Below the pieces are notes generated by a model, which ran no database searches, was not told the DNA's origin, and saw only the letters and a program-made list of their open reading frames with translations. 64,000 bases of DNA from an uncultured Pseudomonadota bacterium (lineage in GTDB: Bacteria > Pseudomonadota > Alphaproteobacteria > Rs-D84 > CACZYB01): assembly GCA_902785275.1 (NCBI GenBank), contig CACZYB010000001.1, forward strand, positions 206,608 to 270,607. The letters are read 5' to 3'. Within the stretch, counting starts at the first letter, position 1. Each line of letters begins with the position of its first letter. Of the stretch, positions 9,284 to 18,685 are shown in pieces. Both the position numbers and the translations under genes were made by a program.

Positions 9284-10588
9284 TTATTTTCTTACTTTCA
9301 TAAGGTCAGATGCAGAAACTTCTTTTTCCTTCATCTTTACCTTCGAAAGGATAACATCCAAAACTTTATCTTCAAAAATACCAGCCTTAATACCTTCAGC
9401 AGCTTGAGGATTCTTTGTATAATATTCGAATACCTGTTGAGCTTGGTTTGGATATCTCATAGCTTCTTGCATAATTGCGTTTTGAATTTCGTTTTGATCA
9501 ATCTTAATTTCGCTCTTCTTACCAATATCAGCAAGGATTAAACCAAGTTTAACACGAGAAGTAGCTTGTTTCTTAAGTTCTTCTTTCTTCTTTGCTTCTG
9601 CTTTTTCATCCATTTTTTCATTTGGATTTGCTTGTTTAAATTGAGCAAACATGAAATTAACTTCTTGATCAATCAAAGATTCTGGAACTTCGATTTTTTC
9701 ATCAGCAAGCTTATCTAAAACTTCATCTTTCATAAGGTTTTTAGAAGCTGTTTCATAGTTTTGTTCCAAAAGTTCTTTTACATAAACTTTTAAATCAGCC
9801 AAATCTTTTCTTTTAAGATCAACAGCAAATTTATCATCTATTACTGGAACTTTCTTTTCTTTAATAGAATTGATTTTTACTTTGAATAAAGCTTTTGCAC
9901 CAGCCAATTTTTCATGACCATAATCTTTTGGGAATTCAACGTTTACATCAACATCATCACCCTTTGATTTACCGATAAGTTGATCTTCGAATCCAGGGAT
10001 AAATGCACCACTACCAAGTTCAAGTGGATAATTATCAGCTTTACCACCTTCAAATTCAACACCATCAACAGAACCAACAAAGTTGATATCAACAACATCA
10101 CCTTTTTTAGTTTTTCTATCTTCTGTAACTTCTTCAAAAGTATATCTTGAATTTGCGATATTTTGGATTGCTTCATCAATTTCTTTATCGCCAGCTTTTG
10201 CAACTTTCTTTTCAACAGAAATTTTTGAAAAATCGATATCTTTAATTTCTGGAATAATTTCAAAGTCAGCAGAGAATTTTAATGGTTCATTTCTTACAAA
10301 GCTATCAACTTTTACTTGAGGAGCAACAGCAGGATTAATTTTCTTTTCTTCACAGTAAGAAACTAATGTTTCATTGATAAGAGCGTTTAAAACATCACCA
10401 ATGAAATGACCTTCGTATTTTGATCTAATAACATCCATAGGAACATGACCCTTACGGAAACCTTTTTCTTCATGATTTTTTGCAAATTCAGCAAGTTGTT
10501 CATTTAATTTTGTTTCAAAAACATCTGCTGGGATTTCAAAAGATAATTCGTATTTAATACCTTTAATTTTTTCTTTTATTGGTTGCAT
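9284..10588 (-). CDS. tig: Trigger factor
   Basis: GFRKGHVP signature, FKBP domain (FEGG, LGSGAFIPGFEDQLIG). Confidence 0.98.
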   Translation of the reverse strand: MQPIKEKIKGIKYELSFEIPADVFETKLNEQLAEFAKNHEEKGFRKGHVPMDVIRSKYEGHFIGDVLNALINETLVSYCEEKKINPAVAPQVKVDSFVRNEPLKFSADFEIIPEIKDIDFSKISVEKKVAKAGDKEIDEAIQNIANSRYTFEEVTEDRKTKKGDVVDINFVGSVDGVEFEGGKADNYPLELGSGAFIPGFEDQLIGKSKGDDVDVNVEFPKDYGHEKLAGAKALFKVKINSIKEKKVPVIDDKFAVDLKRKDLADLKVYVKELLEQNYETASKNLMKDEVLDKLADEKIEVPESLIDQEVNFMFAQFKQANPNEKMDEKAEAKKKEELKKQATSRVKLGLILADIGKKSEIKIDQNEIQNAIMQEAMRYPNQAQQVFEYYTKNPQAAEGIKAGIFEDKVLDVILSKVKMKEKEVSASDLMKVRK

Positions 10589-10629
10589 TTTTAATTCCTT
10601 GATTAAGGTTAGATTAATAATTTATTTAA

Positions 10630-10714
<85 letters not shown>

Positions 10715-10823
10715 AAATTTCATTTAACACCGATTATTTATATCACAAAAAAAAATAATTTCCATAAAAAAAATTAAAATTTTTAAAAATATGTGTTATA
10801 ATACCATTCGTCTGGAGGGGAAA

Positions 10824-11303
10824 ATGAGACGTTTTTTGTGTATCATATTGTTTTTATTCACAAATTTACATTCAGCATACGCTGGAGAAGCTCGTTTTTC
10901 AGGTAATCCTATCCCTCGATTCGTTTCAATTGCAAAAACTCCTGCAAATACTCGTGTTGGTCCTGATATCAACTATCCTGTAAAATTTGTATACCAATCA
11001 AAATACACTCCTGTAAGAGTTGTAAACGAATATTTCGGATGGTACCAAGTAGAAGATATAAATGGAGATCTTTCATGGATACATAAAAATTCAATCGGAA
11101 AACCAAACTATGTTATGACACTACACGATGGTACAAAGCTTTATCAAAAGAAAAAATTAACCTCCAAAGTTATCGCAAAAGTTGATAAGGGAACCACATT
11201 CAAAGTGTTAAAATGTTCCTCTGGTTTTTGTAAGGTTGAAACCACTTTCAATGGAACATTATTTACCGGATATTTAATTCAAGATAACCTATGGGGTATA
11301 TAA
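10824..11303 (+). CDS. Secreted tandem bacterial SH3-domain protein
   Basis: Signal peptide, PIPRFVS, NTRVGP..NYP, W..V.D..G..SWIH. Confidence 0.88.
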   Translation: MRRFLCIILFLFTNLHSAYAGEARFSGNPIPRFVSIAKTPANTRVGPDINYPVKFVYQSKYTPVRVVNEYFGWYQVEDINGDLSWIHKNSIGKPNYVMTLHDGTKLYQKKKLTSKVIAKVDKGTTFKVLKCSSGFCKVETTFNGTLFTGYLIQDNLWGI

Positions 11304-11307
11304 GGAT

Positions 11308-11499
11308 ATGAACATATATTCATCATTGGTTTTATATCTGATATTTTCCACATTTATGTTTATCCTAAACAAAGCAAATATCGATAGGTATAACCAAAAA
11401 TGGATTCAATACACCTACCACGGATTAAAATACATTTTCTATCTATTTACATTAATAATTCTAATAAAAATAGTTTTGTTCATCATAAAAAATTCTTAA
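11308..11499 (+). CDS. Small two-TM membrane protein
   Basis: RBS AAGGA, two hydrophobic segments. Confidence 0.5.
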   Translation: MNIYSSLVLYLIFSTFMFILNKANIDRYNQKWIQYTYHGLKYIFYLFTLIILIKIVLFIIKNS

Positions 11500-12103
11500 T
11501 ACTAAAATCTTTTCTAACCAAAAATCTATTAAGTGTTATAACAGAAACCCCGCATTTTCTTGCTATTTTTCTTTTTGAAACCTTTTGCACCATCATATCA
11601 AAAATAAATTTTTCTTTTCCTGTCAGTTTATAAATATTATTCTTACTTCCAACAGGCCGGCCAAGTTTCATCCCTTCTGATTTTCGTTTTGCCAAAGCTT
11701 CCCTTGTCCTTTCAGAAATACGTTCTCTTTCTATCTGAGCAGAAAAGGCAAACACCGTCATAATCATAAGACCTATTGCAGTATTTCCCAGTTCCAAATT
11801 TTCCTTCAAACAAAAAACTCTAACTTCCTTATCCGCAAATATTTTTGCAAGGCTATACATATCAATCATACTTCGTGAAAGTCGGGAAAGTTCCGAAACA
11901 ATAACATAATCCCCCTTTTTTAAAACCCTAAGAAGTTTACCTAAATTTCGTTTTTTATAATTTACCGTTCCACTTACACCTTCATCGACATATTCTTTTG
12001 ATATTTTTATGTCACGATATTCACAATATTTTATAATTCCATACCTTTGATTTTCATAATCTTGTTCTTCTGTTGATACCCTTAAATAAGCATAAACCGT
12101 CAT
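11483..12103 (-). CDS. Serine recombinase (resolvase/invertase), Mpi-like
   Basis: YLRVST catalytic Ser, ELSRLSR, ERERISERTREAL, KLGRP, C-terminal HTH (SKRKIARKCGVS..TL.RF). Confidence 0.92.
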   Translation of the reverse strand: MTVYAYLRVSTEEQDYENQRYGIIKYCEYRDIKISKEYVDEGVSGTVNYKKRNLGKLLRVLKKGDYVIVSELSRLSRSMIDMYSLAKIFADKEVRVFCLKENLELGNTAIGLMIMTVFAFSAQIERERISERTREALAKRKSEGMKLGRPVGSKNNIYKLTGKEKFIFDMMVQKVSKRKIARKCGVSVITLNRFLVRKDFSIKNFL

Positions 12104-12245
12104 TTTTTATTTTAATAAGCAAATACAAAAATTTAAAAGAACTTTCTTTGATAATTATATAGACGATTAAGACAAAGTCAAACCGTAAAAATACCTTTCA
12201 TTTTTCAAAAAAGGTGCTATAATAGGAAGGAGTAAGGAAACATTT

Positions 12246-12548
12246 ATGAAAAAAATGTTGTTTGCATTACTATTCTCTTTAAATGCATTAACAAATGTTT
12301 ATGCACAAGTCCCAAGTTGGTATAATGGTGATATTGAACTTTATAATAAATTTATAAAAACTTGTAACATTGCACAAAAATCATGTCCCAATGAAACATA
12401 TAATTGCAATAATGTAAAAAGTCAGGATGAGTTTTTTTCCTTAAACATTCGTGTCGGTTCATGTTTTCTTTCAATAAAAAATGAAACTATAAAATCTAGA
12501 GATTACACACCTAGCAGTGCAATAGGAGTAGCAAGCGTACGTGGATAA
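12246..12548 (+). CDS. Secreted Cys-containing hypothetical protein
   Basis: Sec signal peptide ending VYA, 4 Cys. Confidence 0.7.
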   Translation: MKKMLFALLFSLNALTNVYAQVPSWYNGDIELYNKFIKTCNIAQKSCPNETYNCNNVKSQDEFFSLNIRVGSCFLSIKNETIKSRDYTPSSAIGVASVRG

Positions 12549-12552
12549 AGAA

Positions 12553-13422
12553 ATGAAAAAAATATTGGCAATATTACTTGGAATAATTTCTTTTAACAGC
12601 ACATCATTTGCTTATGACTTTTCCATTCTTCAATCAAAAATCGATAATGTAAAATCTGAATGTTCTGGAATAAAATCAAGTCTTGATACAATCTTTGGTT
12701 TAAGTGTTGCAACAACTGTATCAAGTGGAATTGGAACATTAACTTCAACTGGTGCTTTGGTTGCAGGCCTTAAAAAAAGAACTCAAGATTATAAACTTGA
12801 CGAAGAAACATTACATAATGATATTGATCGTTTCATAGAAGATTATAACGCCCTTACAGAGGATATAAAAAACTCTATGAAAAAATCAGAAACACTTGGT
12901 AATGTTCGTTCTGCTTTACTTGCTGGAACAACTGTAACATCCGCTGTATCAACTGGAACATCAATCGGTACAACATTAACCGCATCAAAGCTTGCAGAAA
13001 AAATGTCTAATTGTAACAAATCATTACAAGCATTAAAAATTGCAAAATCTTCTACCGAAAGCGAAACAGAAGACAGTCTTGAACCAATCGATAGTACAAT
13101 AATAGAAATTGCAAAAAATATTTTATCCACCTGTATTGGCTATGATGAATCAAATATAAAATCACTTAAAAATTTTGCCACCGCAAACGCTGTTGTTTCT
13201 GGAATCGGCACTGGTATTTCTGGTGTTGGAACCGCAACATCAATCATGGCAAACAAAACAAAAGATAAAGAAAAAAATAAAAAATTAGACACTGCTTCAA
13301 ACATTTTATCTGGTGTTGCAATTGGCACATCTGGCACATCAACTACTCTTTCTGCTATTCAAATTTCGAAGGCTAAAAAAGACAGTTCCATAGCCGAAAA
13401 ATGTGAAAATATTTTAAGATAA
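12553..13422 (+). CDS. Secreted protein with internal duplication and Gly/Ser/Thr-rich hydrophobic helices
   Basis: Signal peptide ending SFA, two similar halves each with SGIGT. Confidence 0.8.
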   Translation: MKKILAILLGIISFNSTSFAYDFSILQSKIDNVKSECSGIKSSLDTIFGLSVATTVSSGIGTLTSTGALVAGLKKRTQDYKLDEETLHNDIDRFIEDYNALTEDIKNSMKKSETLGNVRSALLAGTTVTSAVSTGTSIGTTLTASKLAEKMSNCNKSLQALKIAKSSTESETEDSLEPIDSTIIEIAKNILSTCIGYDESNIKSLKNFATANAVVSGIGTGISGVGTATSIMANKTKDKEKNKKLDTASNILSGVAIGTSGTSTTLSAIQISKAKKDSSIAEKCENILR

Positions 13423-13555
13423 TTTTTAATTAATAATTCCCATCACATAAGCAAAAAACCTGAATTTTTGTTAATTTTTTGACAACTTTATTTACTTGAC
13501 TTAGTTCTTTATATAGGTGTAAAATCCTAATTATAATAAGAGAAAGGATTTTATT

Positions 13556-14710
13556 ATGAAAAAAATTATTTCAACTTTGTTGATTACAACAATGTTTTCA
13601 ACTGCAGCTTTTGCTCAAACTGTAAGTAATACAAAAGAAAGTGAAACAAAAAATTCTTTTGATCTTACACAAAAAAATTTCGTTGATGATTTTGAAGATG
13701 ATGATACTGTCGTAAATTCAAAATTAGTAAACACACAAAAAGCATTAAAACCTGTAGCAGATAAATTTGCAGAAAAACCAGAAATTCCTTCTAACATCAA
13801 ACAAGATTTTAAAGAAGATAAAGATGATGGTTACCTATTAGAAGGTTTTCAACTCGGTGTCGGTGTTGGTGTTTTGGGTGGTGCCAACGCACACTTAGGA
13901 TACAGAATTCCAAGAAGAGATTATAATTTCTGGAAAAACAGATTTGGTTTCAGAATTGATTACAACTCATGGAAACCACTTGAAAGTACAATCGAAAAAT
14001 ACTTAGAAGACAACCCTATCGATGTTGATGGAAACGACTTCTCAGGTATGATTACTGGTACAAACTATGGTGCTTTGATTGATTTCTATCCATTCGGAAA
14101 CACATGGTTCCTTGGCAACTTCAGAATCAGTGGTGGTTACTATACCGGAGATTTCGCCATTAATGCATCCATGACAAAAAATGGTGGTGGTGAATTCGAA
14201 ATGAAAAACTTAAGATATAAAGTTGAAAATGCAACTGCTACATTAAGAGCAGGTATTGAAGCAGATGTAAAAGGCCCATACGCAGGTATCGGTTTCGATT
14301 TACAAATCCTTTACGGATTAAAACTTTACTTTGATGCCGGTGTTGTATTCATCAATAATCCAAAAATTACAACTGACCTTACTGGTAATGCTGATTTGTG
14401 GATTAAATATTCTGAAGAATATGAAAATAAATTAAGAGAATTAGGTATTGATATTAGCGCTGTAAATGTAAATGAATTGGCACAACAAGCTGGTATCGAT
14501 ATATCAAATCTTCCAATAGAACTTCCTTCAGGAAGCAGTGCTATAAAAGATGCTAATGGATATACTCTTGTAGGAAAGATTACAGCAGATAACGAATACG
14601 TAAAACAACTTCTTGCTGATACCGAAGCAGAGTATAAAGATGAACTTAAAGTTATTACAGATTCAAAGATATTCCCAATGGTTAAAATTGGTTTAATGCT
14701 TCGTTTCTAA
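13556..14710 (+). CDS. Outer-membrane beta-barrel protein
   Basis: Signal peptide, alternating beta-strands, DFYPFG, GPYAGIGF, C-terminal Phe (IGLMLRF). Confidence 0.8.
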   Translation: MKKIISTLLITTMFSTAAFAQTVSNTKESETKNSFDLTQKNFVDDFEDDDTVVNSKLVNTQKALKPVADKFAEKPEIPSNIKQDFKEDKDDGYLLEGFQLGVGVGVLGGANAHLGYRIPRRDYNFWKNRFGFRIDYNSWKPLESTIEKYLEDNPIDVDGNDFSGMITGTNYGALIDFYPFGNTWFLGNFRISGGYYTGDFAINASMTKNGGGEFEMKNLRYKVENATATLRAGIEADVKGPYAGIGFDLQILYGLKLYFDAGVVFINNPKITTDLTGNADLWIKYSEEYENKLRELGIDISAVNVNELAQQAGIDISNLPIELPSGSSAIKDANGYTLVGKITADNEYVKQLLADTEAEYKDELKVITDSKIFPMVKIGLMLRF

Positions 14711-14727
14711 TAACAAAAATTCAATTC

Positions 14728-14764
14728 AAAAATACCTATGGCCAAAACCATGGGTATTTTTTTT
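14728..14764 (+). terminator. Intrinsic terminator
   Basis: AAAATACCTATGG-loop-CCATGGGTATTTT followed by a T-run. Confidence 0.8.
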
Positions 14765-14815
14765 ATTTTTTTGCTTGAAACTTAGAAAAATATTGGTTAT
14801 ATTATTTGCCATAGT

Positions 14816-14889
14816 GCGGGTGTAGCTCAATGGTAGAGTTCCAGCCTTCCAAGCTGGCCGTGAGGGTTCGATTCCCTTCACCCGCTCCA
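14816..14889 (+). tRNA. tRNA-Gly(TCC), integration target
   Basis: GCGGGTGTAGCTCAATGG...CTTCCAA...TTCGATT...CACCCGCTCCA. Confidence 0.97.
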
Positions 14890-14891
14890 AA
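14874..14891 (+). repeat. attL core
   Basis: CCCTTCACCCGCTCCAAA = 3' end of tRNA-Gly. Confidence 0.93.
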
Positions 14892-14893
14892 GT

Positions 14894-14906
14894 TAAATCC
14901 TTGATT
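14894..14906 (-). promoter_or_regulatory. IHF-binding site
   Basis: AATCAAGGATTTA on the minus strand matches WATCAANNNNTTR, adjacent to attL. Confidence 0.6.
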
Positions 14907-15013
14907 TTATTGCATTTTTTAGTTCATACTTTATGAAGAAGTATTTTTATACTTATTGCAAAACTCTTGTAAATACAAATACTTAGCTTTTTGCTTATAA
15001 AGGGTTTTGGCGA

Positions 15014-16537
15014 ATGTTTGATAAGTGTGATGCAAAGTGTGATGCATTTGGTTTTAGGAATATCCCTCATTTGTGGTTGAGAAAGAATGTTTTTTATTGT
15101 AGAATAGAGTTGCCAAAGAAGGATAGCAAACGAAGATATGGACGTTATTCGTTGCATACAAATAATTATTATGAGGCTTTAACTAAAATGGATGGTATTA
15201 AGCAGTTTAATGTAAAGTTTAATAGATTGTGTGAATTGTATTCTCAAATAAGTGTTATTCGTAGAAATGTTGAGCAAATTCCAGGTCATGCAATAATGAC
15301 ATTTTATGTTCCGGATGAATTAGTGTTATCTCCAAATAATAAGCCTGAAACATTGATAGAATTTATAGAGTTATTTGCTGAAATAAAACAGGGTCTTGAA
15401 AGATATAATGTTAATAAAGAAGTTGCAAACAATCTTAAAACTATGGAAACTAAACTTAATTTAATTGAAAAAAAGTTAGGTCCTGAGGCTTTTGCAAAAC
15501 TTATTCAAACTAATGCTCCACAAGTAAAAGAAACACCTAAACATACATTAAAAGAGATATTGGATATAATGCTTCTTAGAGCAAATAATAAAGAAGATGA
15601 AAAGACAAGAAAAAGGAACTTTTTAAGTAGTGTTTTTGATAGTGTAAATTTGAATTTAGAAAGCGATTATTTGGATTTTTATAAGCCTGATATTATTTCT
15701 AAGATTTCAGAAAGTATTGTAAATAAGGTAGGTGTAAAGAATGATAATAGACGTCAAAAACTTAGATATATTACGGAATTTGTAAATTGCGCATGTAATG
15801 TAGAGCCTGATTTTTATAAGAATAACCTTATATTAAATTTGCCTAAAATAACAAAAACAAAGAAGAGTGATAGAAAACCTCATTTGCCTTATTCTGAGGA
15901 ACAACTTAAAGAAATATTTGATACAAAGCATAAGTTTTTTGATGAAAACCCGGATGTTTTTTGGATTTGTATGATTGCTTTGTTTACTGGTGCAAGGTTA
16001 AATGCAGCAACAACTTTACAATACGGAGATGTTTTTGAAAAAGATAAGATAAAATGTTTATATTTCCGTTCAAATCATACTATAAAGCATTTGAAAAATG
16101 ATGCAAGTGAAAGAATTGTTCCAATACACAAACAGTTATTAGATTTAGGATTTTGGAATTATGTAGAGCGTAGAAAAAAGAAATTAAAAGCAAAAGATGA
16201 AGATTTTATTTTCCCAAAATGTAAAACAAAAAGTGGTGAATACAATGACAGGTATATGTTAAGAACTTTGTTTGTATTTTTGGAAGAACTTGATATTAAA
16301 GAAAAAGGTTTGGATTTCCATTCATTCCGTAAAAATGCCAGTCTTGCAATGCAATCTGCTGGTTTAGTTGCAAGTTGTATCAATAGAATTATTGGTTGGG
16401 AAGGAACTGGAACTATGGAGCAATCTTATTCCAATTACACATTACAACAGATAAATACAGAATTAAATAAGTTTAGTTATGATTACTTACAGACAGAGTT
16501 TGATGAGTGGGAAAAAATTATGGAGAAGAAGGATTAG
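15014..16537 (+). CDS. Tyrosine integrase with DUF6538-like N-terminus
   Basis: TGARL (R), HLKN (K), HSFR, IIGW (H/W), terminal Y. N-terminal HLW.RK..FY.RI..P. Confidence 0.92.
   Translation: MFDKCDAKCDAFGFRNIPHLWLRKNVFYCRIELPKKDSKRRYGRYSLHTNNYYEALTKMDGIKQFNVKFNRLCELYSQISVIRRNVEQIPGHAIMTFYVPDELVLSPNNKPETLIEFIELFAEIKQGLERYNVNKEVANNLKTMETKLNLIEKKLGPEAFAKLIQTNAPQVKETPKHTLKEILDIMLLRANNKEDEKTRKRNFLSSVFDSVNLNLESDYLDFYKPDIISKISESIVNKVGVKNDNRRQKLRYITEFVNCACNVEPDFYKNNLILNLPKITKTKKSDRKPHLPYSEEQLKEIFDTKHKFFDENPDVFWICMIALFTGARLNAATTLQYGDVFEKDKIKCLYFRSNHTIKHLKNDASERIVPIHKQLLDLGFWNYVERRKKKLKAKDEDFIFPKCKTKSGEYNDRYMLRTLFVFLEELDIKEKGLDFHSFRKNASLAMQSAGLVASCINRIIGWEGTGTMEQSYSNYTLQQINTELNKFSYDYLQTEFDEWEKIMEKKD
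15023..15046 (+). repeat. Tandem 12-bp arm-type repeats (left)
   Basis: AAGTGTGATGCA x2, same motif at 20229-20252. Confidence 0.8.
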
Positions 16538-16573
16538 TAGTAGTTGGTGACAAATTGTCATCAACTGAAGAAA

Positions 16574-16912
16574 TTATTTCATTTCAAGTAATGCTTCAAT
16601 CTGTTTTAGAATAATTTTTAATGTTTTATCGTCTTGTGTTTCTAGTAAACTTATAATGTGGTTTAATGTTTCATTATTTGAAATATTATTTATAGGTGTA
16701 TCAACCAATAAATCTTGAATCGAAATATTTAATGTTTTTGCAAAAGAATAAAGTGTTGTAATTCTTGGATCGGTAAGGCCTCTTTCAATATTTGAAACGG
16801 TATTTATCATTTTACCAGATAGTTCAGCAAAGTCTTCTTGGCTCATTCCTTTTTGTTTTCTTAAATTAGCAATATGTCTTCCAAGAGTTTGTAAAAATAC
16901 TTTATCCATCAT
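16574..16912 (-). CDS. XRE-family HTH transcriptional regulator
   Basis: LGRHIANLRKQKGMSQEDFAE...TVSNIERG..DP. Confidence 0.93.
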   Translation of the reverse strand: MMDKVFLQTLGRHIANLRKQKGMSQEDFAELSGKMINTVSNIERGLTDPRITTLYSFAKTLNISIQDLLVDTPINNISNNETLNHIISLLETQDDKTLKIILKQIEALLEMK

Positions 16913-16939
16913 AAAACCTCACTTTTATGATTTAATTTT

Positions 16940-17020
16940 CACATTAAAATGTGGAAAACACCATAGTGCTATAATGTGTATTTTTTAATTGACTTCTTTA
17001 ATATTACACATTATAATGTG
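16940..17020. promoter_or_regulatory. Divergent promoter region with palindromic operators
   Basis: CACATTAAAATGTG (16940-16953), CACATTATAATGTG (17007-17020), half-site near 16970-16978. TTGACT-17 nt-TATAAT at 16989-17017. Confidence 0.75.
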
Positions 17021-17056
17021 AATTGCACTTACAATACACATAAAGGAATGTGAAAA

Positions 17057-17506
17057 ATGGATGAAATAATAAAAGAAAAAGTTTTGCAAGAAATTGGAAT
17101 ATTTAAACAAAACGAAGATATAAAAGTATCTGGAACTCAAAAATATTTTTTAGTTACTTTTGGTGTGGTTAAAAATGTTAATCCAATAGAATTTCAAGTT
17201 ATTGATGATAAAAACAAAAATATAACGATTCAGTATACTAATGCATTTGAAGGATTAGAATATCAACTACGTCAAGATATTGAAGTTATAACAAGTATTA
17301 TTGAAGATAAAACTGCGATAAAAAAACAATCAACAAAGTCTATAAATATATTTTTTCTTGTAGATAAAAATGGTAAATTTAATGAACAGATTTTATCTAA
17401 AATTTATAAAATTGGTATAGAACAAGATATTGCAGCTTTAAACTTGTATAAAATACCTTTTAATGTCTTTGTAAAAGAAGTAAAAGATTTAAAACCTATA
17501 ATTTAA
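17057..17506 (+). CDS. Hypothetical island cargo protein
   Basis: 149-aa ORF with RBS AAGGA. Confidence 0.75.
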   Translation: MDEIIKEKVLQEIGIFKQNEDIKVSGTQKYFLVTFGVVKNVNPIEFQVIDDKNKNITIQYTNAFEGLEYQLRQDIEVITSIIEDKTAIKKQSTKSINIFFLVDKNGKFNEQILSKIYKIGIEQDIAALNLYKIPFNVFVKEVKDLKPII

Positions 17507-17526
17507 TCAAAGTAAAGGAAAAAATT

Positions 17527-18429
17527 ATGAAAAAATTTTTAATATTATTTAGCTTTATCTTAACATTTATTTTTAAATTGGATGTAGCGTATGCAGAATC
17601 TCAAGAAAAATTAGAAGAAAAGATTGCTTATGTTTCAAATTTTCGTAAAAAAATTCATGAACTTAAGCCTGAACTGAATGATGAAGAGTTAGATGTTTTT
17701 AATACTCTTTCGCTTTCTATGATTTTTCACGACGAAGTTGTAAAAAATTGTAGTGAAGATGGAATTTTATCTGTAAGTGAAGATACTGTGTCACCTGGAA
17801 TTATAAATTATTTACAAGTATTTATGAAAAAAGAAATAAATCCTCAATATTTTATGGAATATTATAATAGATTTATTGATAATAGTGATGAATGTATTTT
17901 ACAAAGAAGAAATAATAAAGGCCCAACATCTATTTGTTGGTTTGATTATAAAAGATTTCTTCCAAAAACATCAAAAATAAAAACGGATAATGATTTCTTA
18001 TATTTTTATAAAGCATATGATTTTTTTAGTGTTTCAAACTTTTGTAACAATACACAAGAATTAACAACAGCAGAAAGAAAAGAATGTAAGGAAAAATTTA
18101 GAAAATTTCTTGTCCAACTATCAAATAAAACAGCCCCACATTGTAGGGATATTATTCCAGGAGAGTACAAGAAACTTTTACAAGAAAGTAAAGATTTGTT
18201 GAAAACTGTTAATGATACTCGTATAGAAAATGCTTTGGGTCATGAAAAACAGCTTGAAACAATGATGTATCGTGCAATGTATGGAAGTGCATATGAAAAG
18301 GCAGCAATTGAAGCATTGCAAAATATGGGATTTAGAAATTTCTGTATAGTTGAAGGTTTTGAAGAAGATTTAAAGAAAATACAAGGTAAAAATATTTATA
18401 AAAAAATTGAAAGTATTGAATTAAATTAG
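17527..18429 (+). CDS. Secreted Cys-containing island cargo protein
   Basis: Signal peptide ending AYA, several Cys, followed by a hairpin terminator at ~18445-18482. Confidence 0.8.
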   Translation: MKKFLILFSFILTFIFKLDVAYAESQEKLEEKIAYVSNFRKKIHELKPELNDEELDVFNTLSLSMIFHDEVVKNCSEDGILSVSEDTVSPGIINYLQVFMKKEINPQYFMEYYNRFIDNSDECILQRRNNKGPTSICWFDYKRFLPKTSKIKTDNDFLYFYKAYDFFSVSNFCNNTQELTTAERKECKEKFRKFLVQLSNKTAPHCRDIIPGEYKKLLQESKDLLKTVNDTRIENALGHEKQLETMMYRAMYGSAYEKAAIEALQNMGFRNFCIVEGFEEDLKKIQGKNIYKKIESIELN

Positions 18430-18685
18430 TATTTAAATATAAAATAAAAAACTTCGTATCTCTAATGACACGAGGTTTTTTTATGTGTATTTCTGGATAG
18501 AAAACGTTTTCTTAAAAATTTGTTAATACTTAGAGATAACAAATAATTGAAATCCCCAATTCTAAATAAAGGATGTGAATGGCTGTTTTTAGCCAATTTT
18601 GTTGCATTTTTATGCGTTTTTTTGTGTGCTTTTAAGGGAAAAACTGGGATAATAGCTATGTAAAACAAAAAAGAAAGGCTTAAAA

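Noticed and set aside
11308-13555. Local invertible segment flanking the serine recombinase
   Set aside because: No convincing inverted-repeat pair found by eye. Targets, if any, may lie elsewhere.
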